A stretch of DNA of 64,000 nt from an uncultured virus (IMG/VR IMGVR_UViG_3300030060_001311) (IMGVR_UViG_3300030060_001311:1-64000); one strand, 5' to 3'. Shown: positions 20,559 to 30,546, numbered from the stretch's first letter. Program-made: numbers and translations. The notes: generated by a model not told the origin, from the sequence alone.

Positions 20559-21539
20559 TTAGCTTTGGGTTAAGTTTTGACTAATACCAATATTTTGCCA
20601 TTTAGAACCATTGTATCTAAAGGTGTAGATGTCGGTCTTTGCATCTGTGGCGGTCATGGTTGGAGTTTCATCACCAACAAACTCAAATACTGCGTTCCAT
20701 GCCAAAGTATATGGACCGCTCGAAGAATGTTGAGCCACCTCAATACTAATAATAGCTCCTTCAACATTGTTGGAAGGTGCTGATATAGTTGAGTTTTCTT
20801 CTAGTAATAAAAACGCATTTGCTGCAGCTTTTGCATCCCAGGAGACTGTACCATCAGTTAAAGATACTTGACTAATATTAGCTGAAGTAGAAGCTGTCAC
20901 TATCTGTGGCATGGTAACGTTTTGGTTTTCATCTACTGAGATAGCAGGTGTTGTACCAACTGTTGAGCCTAGCCCTATAACTAAATCATCAGCACTATCA
21001 TCAAGTCCGACATAAAAATCTTGTGCGTTACCATCAAATACTATTTTGGTATCTTCAGCAGTAGCATCACCTATAGTTAGTGTTGGACCGTTTAAAGTTA
21101 GACTGTCAGAAAGCTGTAAATCAGTTAAAACATCTAATACTGCTGCTCCTGAACCTGCTCCATCTAATTGAACTATTGCTACTTTTCCAGCAGCGATAGT
21201 TACATTAGCACCAGAGCCTTGCGATATAATAATATTTTGAGATCCACTTGTTGCATTTTCTATAATCTGCACACGTTTCATTGTGTTAGGACCGATAGTA
21301 ATAGTACAAGCTGAATCTAAAGTTCCAGTGTATTTTAAATACAATGCTCTGCCTGCGTCAGAACTACCGTCTGCTACGGTTGTAGTATGTGTATCTGCGT
21401 TAGTTGTAATAGCTTCAGTACCAATACCTAAAGCTTCTCCGATAAGTTCTAAGTTAGTGTTTGTAGAAGTGCCCCAAGTTCCGCTTTCGTCACCTGTAGC
21501 GATTTCTTTGAGCCTTAGATTATTTACATAAGTTGCCAT
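20559..21539 (-). CDS. Tail fibre/baseplate-proximal protein
   Basis: ATGDESGTWGTSTNTNL N-terminus; Thr/Ser/Gly-rich. Confidence 0.65.
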   Translation of the reverse strand: MATYVNNLRLKEIATGDESGTWGTSTNTNLELIGEALGIGTEAITTNADTHTTTVADGSSDAGRALYLKYTGTLDSACTITIGPNTMKRVQIIENATSGSQNIIISQGSGANVTIAAGKVAIVQLDGAGSGAAVLDVLTDLQLSDSLTLNGPTLTIGDATAEDTKIVFDGNAQDFYVGLDDSADDLVIGLGSTVGTTPAISVDENQNVTMPQIVTASTSANISQVSLTDGTVSWDAKAAANAFLLLEENSTISAPSNNVEGAIISIEVAQHSSSGPYTLAWNAVFEFVGDETPTMTATDAKTDIYTFRYNGSKWQNIGISQNLTQS

Positions 21540-21621
21540 TTTTCACCTCTAAGTAAACATTTATTATGCTGTTTATTATATATTAAACCAAAAAAAGCAA
21601 AGTTTATAGTTTTTAAAATAA

Positions 21622-22257
21622 TTATGCTGCAACCTCTCTCCAATTAGGTGTTTGTTCATCTTGAACAGGAGACCAAATATTTGTCGTACCTACTACACCT
21701 GTAGCAGATACACCTGTAATTGTAACATTAGCTTTACAATTAAATGTAAATGATCCAACAATACCATTAGCATTAAAGTTGACCGTTTCAAACCTATTAT
21801 CAGTTTTAGTGGTTGTAGTACCTAATGCTGATGTTCCAGCTTGTCCTGTTGGGGTTTGATTAGCTTTAGCTGTGATAGTTGGAGTGCCAAGACCACTGGT
21901 TGCCTCTAAACCTGAAGGACTTGCGTTAGCTTCTGCATCAGTTGTTGCAGTTCCTAAAGCAGATGTTCCTGCTAATCCTGAAACTTGTAAAACGTTTTTA
22001 GATTGTGTAGTAGCTGTGCCGAGAGCTGAAACTCCTGCTAATCCATTAACTCCTACTACACCACCAGCATCTACTGCAACACCACCATTAGTAGCTGTTG
22101 CACTTAAACCTGATAAAGTTACGGTTGCTGCTGCTTTTGGAGTTACGGTTCCAAGAGCAGATGTCGCTGCAGAGGGTGCAGTTAGTGTAAGTGGTATGGG
22201 TTCGCCCCACGTAAGTTGACCCCACGTGCCTCGACCCCAACCATTAATAATAGCCAT
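21622..22257 (-). CDS. Ala/Thr/Gly-rich virion protein
   Basis: GWGRGTWG start; repeated G..(A/G)TSALGT units. Confidence 0.55.
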   Translation of the reverse strand: MAIINGWGRGTWGQLTWGEPIPLTLTAPSAATSALGTVTPKAAATVTLSGLSATATNGGVAVDAGGVVGVNGLAGVSALGTATTQSKNVLQVSGLAGTSALGTATTDAEANASPSGLEATSGLGTPTITAKANQTPTGQAGTSALGTTTTKTDNRFETVNFNANGIVGSFTFNCKANVTITGVSATGVVGTTNIWSPVQDEQTPNWREVAA

Positions 22258-22269
22258 ACTAGGCTAAAA

Positions 22270-22698
22270 CTAAGCTATTCTTATAATAGCGGTTGATGCC
22301 GCTGCTGCTGGAAAAACTATAGTAAAGTCTCCTGCAGTTGAAGTTTTATCGCCACCAAAATCTATGGTAGCAACTGATTTATCACTATTAGTATCGTTAT
22401 AAATCATACAACCTCTAGCTGTAACAGTAGCTGTACCAAAAGTTAAATCACTAAAATCACAAAAACCAGTAGTGCCTGAACTAGTTGGTGCTATATTTGT
22501 TAAAGCTGAACCACCCGAAGTGTAATTAGTACCACTTGATTGACCAGTAGTTGTAAATGCAGTTGTGGTTGCACCAAGTGTAGCACTTGATGTGTATAAA
22601 GCTAGTTTAAAAGAATTTCCACCAGAAGCACTAAAGTTATGCACAGCCTCTAATAATTCTTTTTTAAAACTAGTTGTTAATGTTGATGAAATTGCCAT
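22270..22698 (-). CDS. Virion structural protein
   Basis: SFKKELL, FKLALY, DFGGDKTS, IIRIA conserved pattern. Confidence 0.6.
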   Translation of the reverse strand: MAISSTLTTSFKKELLEAVHNFSASGGNSFKLALYTSSATLGATTTAFTTTGQSSGTNYTSGGSALTNIAPTSSGTTGFCDFSDLTFGTATVTARGCMIYNDTNSDKSVATIDFGGDKTSTAGDFTIVFPAAAASTAIIRIA

Positions 22699-22699
22699 A

Positions 22700-22990
22700 T
22701 CAAAGCTCCTTTAAAATTTTAACTAAATCTTTTTGTCCTTGTGTAATTAACGTATTTGAAATCGTACAACGATCACTGTTAATAGCACTTTTAATATAAT
22801 ACAGGATTGTATTATAAATCGCTAGTTTGTATGCTTCTGCTTGTTGTCGTATATGCGGAGCAGCATTTTCTGATATGCCGCATATTCTATTAGTCGCTTG
22901 TTCTGCCCACCATTCAGGATCATGTCCTTTATTAGTTTCGGTTTGAACCTCTATTGATCCTAAAAAAGAATCTACTTTATCATCTAACAT
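22700..22990 (-). CDS. Hypothetical protein
   Basis: 96-aa ORF in structural operon. Confidence 0.55.
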   Translation of the reverse strand: MLDDKVDSFLGSIEVQTETNKGHDPEWWAEQATNRICGISENAAPHIRQQAEAYKLAIYNTILYYIKSAINSDRCTISNTLITQGQKDLVKILKEL

Positions 22991-23724
22991 TAATACCTCT
23001 TTGCCTCAGGCGGTGCATCCATTACAGTTTTTATTTCTGTTATATTACTTAATTGTTTTTCTTGCATAATTTTATTATATTCAGAAAGTTTAACTTGATG
23101 ATACTTTTTTTGACTATCAAGAATTAAAATATCAGGATCATCAAGTCTATGATATCCATATACTCTTTTTTCTATAGGACAGTCTGTATCAAGTAACCCT
23201 GACCTAGCTGCAACATTTACAGTCATTCCTCTTTCTATACATTTAGATAACCAAAACTCACAACAAGCTTTTCCTGCTTCTGCAAAATGTAAATTACCTC
23301 TATAGCTAAAATCTATACCAAATAAATTAATACTAGCTACTTTATTATATAAAGCGAAAGCGAATGAAAAAGGTACGGTATTATTTAAATAAGCACAATC
23401 TGCATCCTGTGCAACTTCTTGTAAAGGATAAAGCACTGCAGAAGGACATCTAGGATCTAGTTCACAAGTATATATAGGCATATCAGCAACAGGTAGCCAT
23501 CGCCTCATAATATCGGTTTGACTTCCTGCATCATCTGTATCCATAAATCTACTTACTGGATCCATCATAAAAACTCTATCACATTTAGTAATAGCTCCCA
23601 TACAGTTTATACCCCAAACTTCATCATAAGTTTTTGAATGTATTAAACTTAAATGAAAGTCAAGTTGACTTTCACCCATAGCAACTATGGCAATATTTTT
23701 ACCTTCGAGTTCTTTTATCCTCAT
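22990..23724 (-). CDS. Rossmann-like putative glycosyltransferase (DUF115/MAF-like)
   Basis: IAIVAMGES, VWGIN, RVFMMD, LFGIDF motifs. Confidence 0.45.
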   Translation of the reverse strand: MRIKELEGKNIAIVAMGESQLDFHLSLIHSKTYDEVWGINCMGAITKCDRVFMMDPVSRFMDTDDAGSQTDIMRRWLPVADMPIYTCELDPRCPSAVLYPLQEVAQDADCAYLNNTVPFSFAFALYNKVASINLFGIDFSYRGNLHFAEAGKACCEFWLSKCIERGMTVNVAARSGLLDTDCPIEKRVYGYHRLDDPDILILDSQKKYHQVKLSEYNKIMQEKQLSNITEIKTVMDAPPEAKRY

Positions 23725-24377
23725 GCCTGAGGCTCTCTCCTTATCTCATCGTATCTGGTTTGATCTCTTGTTGATGTAAGTTGTGTTTCGCCTAGGTTTT
23801 TTAAACTTACTAAAGCTTCTACAAACTTAGACTCATATGCAGGTATTGTTTCATAATTTTTAAGATAAGTACAGGCTTCAACTAAACTTCCATACAATAA
23901 AGCATTAGGAGCATTTTCAGATAACCATGTTGTTTCACTGCCTGAAGTAGTTGTAAGAGAAGGAGGTCTATGGTAATAATGTAATTCAACTTCATAAGCT
24001 GCATCAGGACTAGGAGCAATAATAAAAGTATTATCGTCAAACTCAGCATAGTATTTAGGTAGCCCTGTTGTAGTTGGGTTAGGAGTATAGTCTCTAATAA
24101 AGGAAACATTTTTTAATAATAAATAGCTATAATTACTACTGCTGTCAATTACAGCTAAACTAAAAGGTGATAGATAATCCGCAGGTGTTTCTAAATAAGG
24201 ACCTGAAGCTGTAAGATTACCTACTTGATTTTTTCTAAAATCATTTAATTGAACATTTTTTAAAATACGTTCTTCTGCTGTTGTTATAAATGTAGGTAAA
24301 TTATTTACGAAACTAGTTTCAGTACTATCGAGATAATCTTGTATAGCTGTTTTTAATGTTGTATATGTAAAACTCAT
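23721..24377 (-). CDS. Head-tail adaptor protein, putative
   Basis: GLPKYYA, APSPD, WLSENAP.ALLYGSLVEA. Confidence 0.6.
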   Translation of the reverse strand: MSFTYTTLKTAIQDYLDSTETSFVNNLPTFITTAEERILKNVQLNDFRKNQVGNLTASGPYLETPADYLSPFSLAVIDSSSNYSYLLLKNVSFIRDYTPNPTTTGLPKYYAEFDDNTFIIAPSPDAAYEVELHYYHRPPSLTTTSGSETTWLSENAPNALLYGSLVEACTYLKNYETIPAYESKFVEALVSLKNLGETQLTSTRDQTRYDEIRREPQA

Positions 24378-25105
24378 GTTGTATATATTATACCTCCCAT
24401 TCCACTATGGTTAGTGCAATAATAATATAAAGTTGGTGCTCCTGATGCTACTTCAATTTGGGTATAAGCTCCAGAACTTCCTGGAGTTCCGCTTGTTGTA
24501 ACTCCTGTTGTATATTCAGAGCCTCCACCATGCGTACCGTTTGAAGTGGTTGAAAACCTTAATGGGTGACTACTATTTGAACTATCGGACTGATTAAATT
24601 TATAAATTTGTCCCTCGGTTACTGTTAATGCTGCAGCTCTTGAACCATCAATATAGAAATAATTAGAACCGTAATAACTTGCTACAGTAACTGTATAGGT
24701 GGTTGTAGATGGAGACGGTGTAGGACTTGGACTAGGCGTTACAGCTACTCCTGAAACTGTTATCTCTCCTACACTTCCAGTTGATGGAGGCACAAGATAC
24801 ATAGAACCTATTGTGTCGCTGTTTTCCGCCCACATAATAGGAGCACTTATACCTGCTGGGTTTATCGGATTAGAAACTATAGCATAACCTTGTCCTGTTG
24901 TAGGGGCTGGAACATCTGGTCTAGGTCTCCAAAGAAGTTCTGCGTCTGCTCCAATACTAGGAGGATCTAATTGTGGGTGTTTAGGCTCGTAACACTCTTG
25001 ACAAACTCTGTTGTTTTCCCAAGTGCCTCTTGCTTCTTTATAAGGGTATTTAAACCCGCAAACATCGCAAATGAAGAAAGCATATTTTCCTGATGCGTAA
25101 GCCAT
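24374..25105 (-). CDS. Virion protein: N-terminal Zn-finger plus C-terminal cupredoxin-like domain
   Basis: CDVCG...CQEC; HPLRFS...YYYCTNHSGMGG. Confidence 0.6.
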   Translation of the reverse strand: MAYASGKYAFFICDVCGFKYPYKEARGTWENNRVCQECYEPKHPQLDPPSIGADAELLWRPRPDVPAPTTGQGYAIVSNPINPAGISAPIMWAENSDTIGSMYLVPPSTGSVGEITVSGVAVTPSPSPTPSPSTTTYTVTVASYYGSNYFYIDGSRAAALTVTEGQIYKFNQSDSSNSSHPLRFSTTSNGTHGGGSEYTTGVTTSGTPGSSGAYTQIEVASGAPTLYYYCTNHSGMGGIIYTT

Positions 25106-25776
25106 TAAATATATTCTTGTTTAGGAACTAATCTTATATTAGAACGGTCCTCATCATAACGTAAAGCGTTAGCTAAATCTCTTTCATATAACTCTTGTAT
25201 AACAGGAAGTTTCTGAACATTTTTCTTTATACAAAGATAATAAGCTAATCCAGATACTAAACAAGGCATAAATCTTGTAGGTATGTCTACATCATTAATA
25301 GAGGCTGTAGCATCTTCTATTGTACGCCATACATAGTAAAGGAGTTTGTCCGTTGAGTTCTCGGGCGTTGGATAAAGATGAATAACGGGAGATTTTTTAC
25401 GTTCTAACCAAAATTCTGTAGAACGTGCTTTAGTAGCTTTATTAGGAATACCTACGTATTCGTTTCGATCTATTCTATCTAAAGGATAATCAGTTACAAC
25501 ACCACCAACGGTTCTTTCTACGTAAGCGTCTAAAACATCAATATCGTAAGAATTTAAAGTGTATTCATTAGTACCTGCTGTAAGAGTTAACTCTACTTTA
25601 GTTACTTCCCACATTTGAATACCTCTGTTTGACCAATCGGCAAACATTATATTCATAGAACGACGTGCTGTAACTGCGTCATAAGACGTACGAGCTTCTA
25701 ATCCTGCAAGTTCGTACGCCTCTTCGATTGCGGTCGCTACATCTAAACTAAATGCACGAGTTCCCGAGGTTGCCAT
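25105..25776 (-). CDS. Tail tubular/adaptor protein, putative
   Basis: IEEAYE..G, ARRSMN.MFADWSNRG, PCLVSGLAYYL. Confidence 0.6.
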   Translation of the reverse strand: MATSGTRAFSLDVATAIEEAYELAGLEARTSYDAVTARRSMNIMFADWSNRGIQMWEVTKVELTLTAGTNEYTLNSYDIDVLDAYVERTVGGVVTDYPLDRIDRNEYVGIPNKATKARSTEFWLERKKSPVIHLYPTPENSTDKLLYYVWRTIEDATASINDVDIPTRFMPCLVSGLAYYLCIKKNVQKLPVIQELYERDLANALRYDEDRSNIRLVPKQEYI

Positions 25777-25777
25777 G

Positions 25778-26104
25778 TTAGTTGTAGTATGCTACAAAAA
25801 AGTCGCAGTTAGCTAACACAACATAAGCTCCTGTATCAAATTTTACTCCGTCGTTAGGCAAATAATGGTCAAAAGACTCATTTGCTGCTGAACCGAACTT
25901 AAATTCAATAAGTAGCTTAGTACCACTTGCACCCGTTCCGTCATAGATTTTTATAGAACCGTCTGCAGCACTTGCTTGTGCTTGAACAGACTGAATTCTT
26001 ATGGGACCTAAATTAGTAGCAGTACCTGCACCAGTTCCTATAAAACCCTGTAGTTGTCCTGTTGAAGTTAGAGCTACGGTCGCTTTTACATCTGATGAAC
26101 TCAT
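25778..26104 (-). CDS. Virion structural protein, putative
   Basis: Beta-rich 108 aa downstream of capsid genes. Confidence 0.5.
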   Translation of the reverse strand: MSSSDVKATVALTSTGQLQGFIGTGAGTATNLGPIRIQSVQAQASAADGSIKIYDGTGASGTKLLIEFKFGSAANESFDHYLPNDGVKFDTGAYVVLANCDFFVAYYN

Positions 26105-26124
26105 ATTAATCTCCTATATTAAGA

Positions 26125-26631
26125 TTAAGCGTCAGCAAATGGTGTAACTATAGTTCCTGACCCTAAAATTATTCCCTCTACGGCATACTTAGCTGAGCCC
26201 ATAGCAGTTACTTTTACAATACTACCTGCTAGTCCTCCTTTAGTAGAACCGTTCATTGTGATAACATCGTTAGATGCACCAGAAATAAAAGTTTTACCTG
26301 TAGCGTCATCTTTACCTGTGTAAAGTCCACCTACAAACTTATCTGTGCCATCTGTTAAAATGTCCATGTCAGTTGCTGCAGTTTCTACTACAAAAAAGAA
26401 AGATGCACCTAAATTGTTTGTTTGATTAGGATCATCGTCTCTTCCTGGAGCAGTAGCAACAATACTAGGTAAAGTAAATTTACCATCTGCATCGTTAGTT
26501 GTTAAAATTTTACCTGCGTGTGAAGCTACTGTTAAAGTAGTATCCGCAGTCAAACTAACAACGTTAGCATTACCTGCTGATATAAATCCTGCTAATGATT
26601 TTACAGGACCTGAAAAGGTTGATTTTGCCAT
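26125..26631 (-). CDS. Virion structural protein, putative
   Basis: MAKSTFSGPV start; GGAGG RBS. Confidence 0.55.
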   Translation of the reverse strand: MAKSTFSGPVKSLAGFISAGNANVVSLTADTTLTVASHAGKILTTNDADGKFTLPSIVATAPGRDDDPNQTNNLGASFFFVVETAATDMDILTDGTDKFVGGLYTGKDDATGKTFISGASNDVITMNGSTKGGLAGSIVKVTAMGSAKYAVEGIILGSGTIVTPFADA

Positions 26632-26653
26632 AATTTCCTCCTACGGAAAAAAA

Positions 26654-26709
26654 TCTATCGTCTCGGCTTGTCTGCTAGGTCAGTCGACAGATAAGTTAAT
26701 ATACCTAGT
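26654..26709 (-). ncRNA. Pseudoknotted RNA element downstream of capsid gene (Mu-gpT-DE-like)
   Basis: CUAGGU pairs with loop ACCUAG of CUG/CAG hairpin nested in UCUGUCG/CGAUAGA stem; position downstream of Mu-gpT-type capsid. Confidence 0.55.
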
Positions 26710-26734
26710 GTTTTGATTGTATATGATTAAAAAC

Positions 26735-26762
26735 AAAAAAGAAAGGGGACCGAAGTCCCCTT
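26735..26762 (-). terminator. Rho-independent terminator after major capsid gene
   Basis: GGGGAC-UUCG-GUCCCC followed by U-rich tract. Confidence 0.85.
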
Positions 26763-26781
26763 AAAAATTCACGTAAATGAA

Positions 26782-27690
26782 TTAAGCTCCTGGTGAACCA
26801 AAGATTCCTCTCCAATCGCTAAAACCAAAACTATAACGTTCTCTAGCTTTGTATCTTACGTTACCAGTTTCGAAGTCTCCTTCCATACTAGTAGATACAG
26901 CTGTTCTAACGAAATGTTTAAGTCCGTTAGGAACATCAGTTTTGATAAAGAAAGCGTCGGTGTCAGTCAAATAATGATTTACAACATAGCCTTGTGGGAT
27001 CATTCCCATATTTCTAATTGCGTTAATATCATTATCTGAAGTACTTACCCTTCCTGGAGTTTCCATAAGTCTATCTGCTACGAACTGCAGTGCAGGTGGA
27101 ATAATCAGTTTAGTCGCCTGTGCGTTGACCTTTAGATTTCTTTCATCTTTGAAGTCAGCAATATCAATTAATGCTTGTTCAAGTGAAGTTTCATTAAGGT
27201 CTGCAGAGACGGTTAACTCGTTTTTTAAGTCCACATTACCAACAGTAGGGTGATCAGTTGCACAAAGCTCTTTGCCGTCACCTCCAGGAAAACTGGAGTT
27301 GAAAGCATTGTTCAAAACATTAGCTGCTTTGACTTGCTTTGTTGTTTGCATTGATCTTGCTAGAGCTCTTGTGTATCTGGAAGAAAGTGTGTCATAAAGG
27401 TTATCCTCTATGGCTTCTTCCGTCAACGCAAATGCTAAAGCTACTGTTTCATGCGTATAACGAGATGTAAACGATTCCTGTGCAGTATCATAAATGACAG
27501 CGGCTCCTTCCCCTTTTACGGGTGCTTCCCCAAATCCACTTAACATTACTTCCTCTTCAAACGCCCTTTCGGAAGTTTCAGTGTCGAAGATGTCTTCGTG
27601 TTCATTGTTGTAACGTTCATACTCAAGTCCAAAAAGAGCATGAAGTCCAGGTACAAGTTCCTTTACGAGTTGTGCTCTGTTAATTGCCAT
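26782..27690 (-). CDS. Major capsid protein (Mu gpT-like, HK97 fold)
   Basis: MAINRAQL.KEL.PGL.ALFGLEY, SERAFEE, RYKARERYSFG.SDWRG..GS. Confidence 0.85.
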   Translation of the reverse strand: MAINRAQLVKELVPGLHALFGLEYERYNNEHEDIFDTETSERAFEEEVMLSGFGEAPVKGEGAAVIYDTAQESFTSRYTHETVALAFALTEEAIEDNLYDTLSSRYTRALARSMQTTKQVKAANVLNNAFNSSFPGGDGKELCATDHPTVGNVDLKNELTVSADLNETSLEQALIDIADFKDERNLKVNAQATKLIIPPALQFVADRLMETPGRVSTSDNDINAIRNMGMIPQGYVVNHYLTDTDAFFIKTDVPNGLKHFVRTAVSTSMEGDFETGNVRYKARERYSFGFSDWRGIFGSPGA

Positions 27691-27704
27691 GTTTTATTCT
27701 CCTA

Positions 27705-28244
27705 TTAGACTGCGAATGTGTTAGTTGGGAATGTAAAATATGCTCTAGCATTAGCTCCTATAGAGTTGCTTGGTGCTAAATTAAATCCTACACATAAAGC
27801 GACACCACTAGACGTCGTTGCAGTTACACCCTCTTTTGACCTACCAGTAGTTGTACTACCTGCGGTTGTAGAAAGAGTATATTTAGAGCCGATAAAACTT
27901 ACTGCAGGAGTTCCTGCTGTAAATTGAGCTTCGTAAACGATTCCAGGATCGCTATAGACCAAAGCTTCGGCATCTGCACCGCCTAATGTAGCAGTATCAG
28001 CTGTCCATACTTTAGAAAACGTAGGGGTTCCATCGGTTGCTGTGAAGAATACACCTGCGAATACACCTACAGGAGTACCAGTTGCTGTCCCTTGAATGAT
28101 ATAACCGCTAGATAAATTAACAACATCACCTGAAAAGATAGATGCGTTAGTTCCACTTGCAATTCTCATTCTCGAAGGACGAATGGTACCACCATACATG
28201 TGATAAGCGGGAGTAAACCCTGTTGGTGCGTTTGTATTTGCCAT
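27705..28244 (-). CDS. Capsid decoration/minor capsid protein
   Basis: MAN.NAP.GF.P; IF.GD.V; DP.IVYEAQ; directly upstream of MCP. Confidence 0.6.
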   Translation of the reverse strand: MANTNAPTGFTPAYHMYGGTIRPSRMRIASGTNASIFSGDVVNLSSGYIIQGTATGTPVGVFAGVFFTATDGTPTFSKVWTADTATLGGADAEALVYSDPGIVYEAQFTAGTPAVSFIGSKYTLSTTAGSTTTGRSKEGVTATTSSGVALCVGFNLAPSNSIGANARAYFTFPTNTFAV

Positions 28245-28278
28245 GATTATTTATCTCCTATTAAATACAAAGTTAATA

Positions 28279-28773
28279 TTATTCGTCGGAATTTTTCCTA
28301 CTACCAAATTGAACCTTAGAAGACCTTTGGATATCGCTATCTTTTATAGGCATTCTAGGGTCACTTTCTCGCATATAGTTCTGATCAACTGCTCTTTGTG
28401 CAGAATCTGCTTGATTTTGAAAATAAGCAGTCCGTTCTTCTGCAGTTTCTTCTGGAACTTTTGCGAGAATCAATCCTCCGACTCCGATTACTCCAGTGTT
28501 GCTACCACTATCAATAGTAGGGGCTTCGAATTCAGGATAATCTTCTGCTCTCACAGGTTCATATCCTTCTCTAATACGTTTAGACATATTAGATTTATCG
28601 TCTTGCCCTCTAGTAGCTTCACGAATCCACCTGAATTGATATCCAGGAGGAGCTTTGGGTGCGTCTAACATAGACGGGGGAGCCCAAGGGGTTCTGCGAG
28701 TTTGAGAGGCTCGTGTCTCTGCAGATCGTGAGTTACGATCAGTATTGACTTCTGTTTTAATTTCTTCTGTCAT
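28279..28773 (-). CDS. Conserved head-module protein
   Basis: W.PPS.LDAP..PPGY..RWIR, REGYE; start revised to MTEEIK. Confidence 0.55.
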   Translation of the reverse strand: MTEEIKTEVNTDRNSRSAETRASQTRRTPWAPPSMLDAPKAPPGYQFRWIREATRGQDDKSNMSKRIREGYEPVRAEDYPEFEAPTIDSGSNTGVIGVGGLILAKVPEETAEERTAYFQNQADSAQRAVDQNYMRESDPRMPIKDSDIQRSSKVQFGSRKNSDE

Positions 28774-28774
28774 T

Positions 28775-29674
28775 TTATACTCCTTCAATATGCTTTGCAT
28801 ATTCTTCTAGCGGTACATTTAGTCTTTTAGCTATCGCTACTTGACTAGGTGTAAGCTTAATTTTGCGTGATGATTTTTTACCACTAGCCCCTCGGCTAGA
28901 AGCAGCAACCTGTTGCACGGGGGCAGATTGCTCGTTAGAAAACTTGTGTGGGAAATTTTCAGCCATACGTTTATCGACTTCAGCATAATAATTATCAGAA
29001 GTTGGATCGACTCCTTCTTCTACTAATTCTTTATGTATGCCAAATGCTGCAAACGTCATAGCTTGATCATCTCCAAACCATTTATTCTTTTCAGCCCATG
29101 CTTCAGCTTTTGGATCTGGTCCTGCAGCTTGTTCTGGCTGTAAAGTTGGTTGATAAGGCTCAACAGGAACTTCTTCCTCTTTAGTCTTATCTTTAATTTG
29201 TTGTTGTGCAGAGAGTCTTCTAAGATTTTCTGCCTCAGCGGTAGCACGAGAAAGTACCGTAGTTGCTTCAACCACTGCTTCACTATCTCCTGCTTCTTGT
29301 GCATCTTTTAAAAGTCTCTTTGCTACTTCAATTTCAGATTGTACTCTATTATCGTACTCTTTGAAAAGCGAAGTATCAGAATTTTTTAATTTTTCTTTTA
29401 AATTAGTTGCTGTCTGATTTACGCTTTGTGCATAATTAACAGCTTCATCTCGCTGTCTTTCTGCCTCTCGCATCTTATAAGTTAATTTATCAATACGTTT
29501 TTGTACTGAATCACTTATTTGATCTAACTCATCTTTTTCAGATGGTTTTTCTTCTACTGTTTCAGCTTCTGCTTCTAATTCTTGTATAATTGAATTATCT
29601 ACATCAGCTTCGTGAATATCGACTTCTCCCTCAGGAAGTTCTAATTCTATTTTTTCGGCTTCGTTATTTTGCAT
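28775..29674 (-). CDS. Capsid scaffolding protein, putative
   Basis: Acidic coiled coil; PDPKAEAWA..N.WFG; LTPSQVAIAKRL.VPLEEYAK. Confidence 0.7.
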   Translation of the reverse strand: MQNNEAEKIELELPEGEVDIHEADVDNSIIQELEAEAETVEEKPSEKDELDQISDSVQKRIDKLTYKMREAERQRDEAVNYAQSVNQTATNLKEKLKNSDTSLFKEYDNRVQSEIEVAKRLLKDAQEAGDSEAVVEATTVLSRATAEAENLRRLSAQQQIKDKTKEEEVPVEPYQPTLQPEQAAGPDPKAEAWAEKNKWFGDDQAMTFAAFGIHKELVEEGVDPTSDNYYAEVDKRMAENFPHKFSNEQSAPVQQVAASSRGASGKKSSRKIKLTPSQVAIAKRLNVPLEEYAKHIEGV

Positions 29675-29692
29675 GAGTCCTCCTCAAGTTTG

Positions 29693-30139
29693 TTATGATA
29701 AAATTGCTTCTGGGTCATCAATACACGCTAAGATTTCGTCATCATTTAAAAGACGCATATCGCCACCTTCTATTTGAAAACGAGCTCCTGCATATCGACC
29801 AAAGATAACCCAATCACCTTCTTTACACCAAGGTCCTTCAGGAAACTTATTTGGATCACTATACGCATCAGGTCCTGTAGAAACTACATAACCAACAACA
29901 GTTGATAATCTTTCTTTATCAACAGTTTGTTTTGCTAAATGAATTCCACCTTTAGTAACCGAAGATTGTGTAAAAGGTAATATTAAAATTCGATACCCCG
30001 TTGGACGTGGTAACGAACTTGCATGAGAATCTAAATTTTCAGGAGTAATTACAGGTTCAGCTTTTTCTGCCTTTGCTATATTACTACCAAAATTATCGAC
30101 TCTATCTGGAACAGCTGTTTTTTCGACATTTCTAGTCAT
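29693..30139 (-). CDS. groES: Co-chaperonin GroES (Cpn10)
   Basis: PTGYRILI, TKGGI.L, GDWVIF.RYAG, LLNDDEILA. Confidence 0.85.
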   Translation of the reverse strand: MTRNVEKTAVPDRVDNFGSNIAKAEKAEPVITPENLDSHASSLPRPTGYRILILPFTQSSVTKGGIHLAKQTVDKERLSTVVGYVVSTGPDAYSDPNKFPEGPWCKEGDWVIFGRYAGARFQIEGGDMRLLNDDEILACIDDPEAILS

Positions 30140-30329
30140 TTGCATCCTCCATATTAGAATGTAAGGTTTGAATTTCCTGTTCAGCGAAACTCAACCCTGC
30201 TATTTCACCGACTATCCTTTGGTATTGATCAAAATTTTCAATACTTCCAGCAGCCAACGTTTGCGTAAGAGCTTCTTTTCTCTCACGATATTTACGAAGC
30301 AAATGCTCCGTTGCTAAGATATGATCCAT
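30132..30329 (-). CDS. Hypothetical head-module protein
   Basis: Y..IVGEI.GL pattern; between portal and GroES. Confidence 0.55.
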   Translation of the reverse strand: MDHILATEHLLRKYRERKEALTQTLAAGSIENFDQYQRIVGEIAGLSFAEQEIQTLHSNMEDAND

Positions 30330-30332
30330 TAA

Positions 30333-30545
30333 TTACTTAATGTAGTTATACCAAAGAAGTCCTTTTGTTTGTCCGTAAGCAGCCTTAACTTTAGACTCTT
30401 TACCGACAACTTTACCGTTTGCGTCTGTATTCACTTCACCAGCAGCAACAGTCTGTGTTTTAGTAGTGTCAACCATTGCTGGTTCACTAGGTGCAGCTCT
30501 GTTTACTTTTTTAGAAGGAGACGGGTAATCTCTATTTCTATGCAT
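30333..30545 (-). CDS. Hypothetical protein
   Basis: 70-aa ORF with GGAG RBS. Confidence 0.5.
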   Translation of the reverse strand: MHRNRDYPSPSKKVNRAAPSEPAMVDTTKTQTVAAGEVNTDANGKVVGKESKVKAAYGQTKGLLWYNYIK

Positions 30546-30546
30546 A

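Noticed and set aside
29693..30139. GroES without GroEL as a novelty
   Set aside because: Well known in phage head modules
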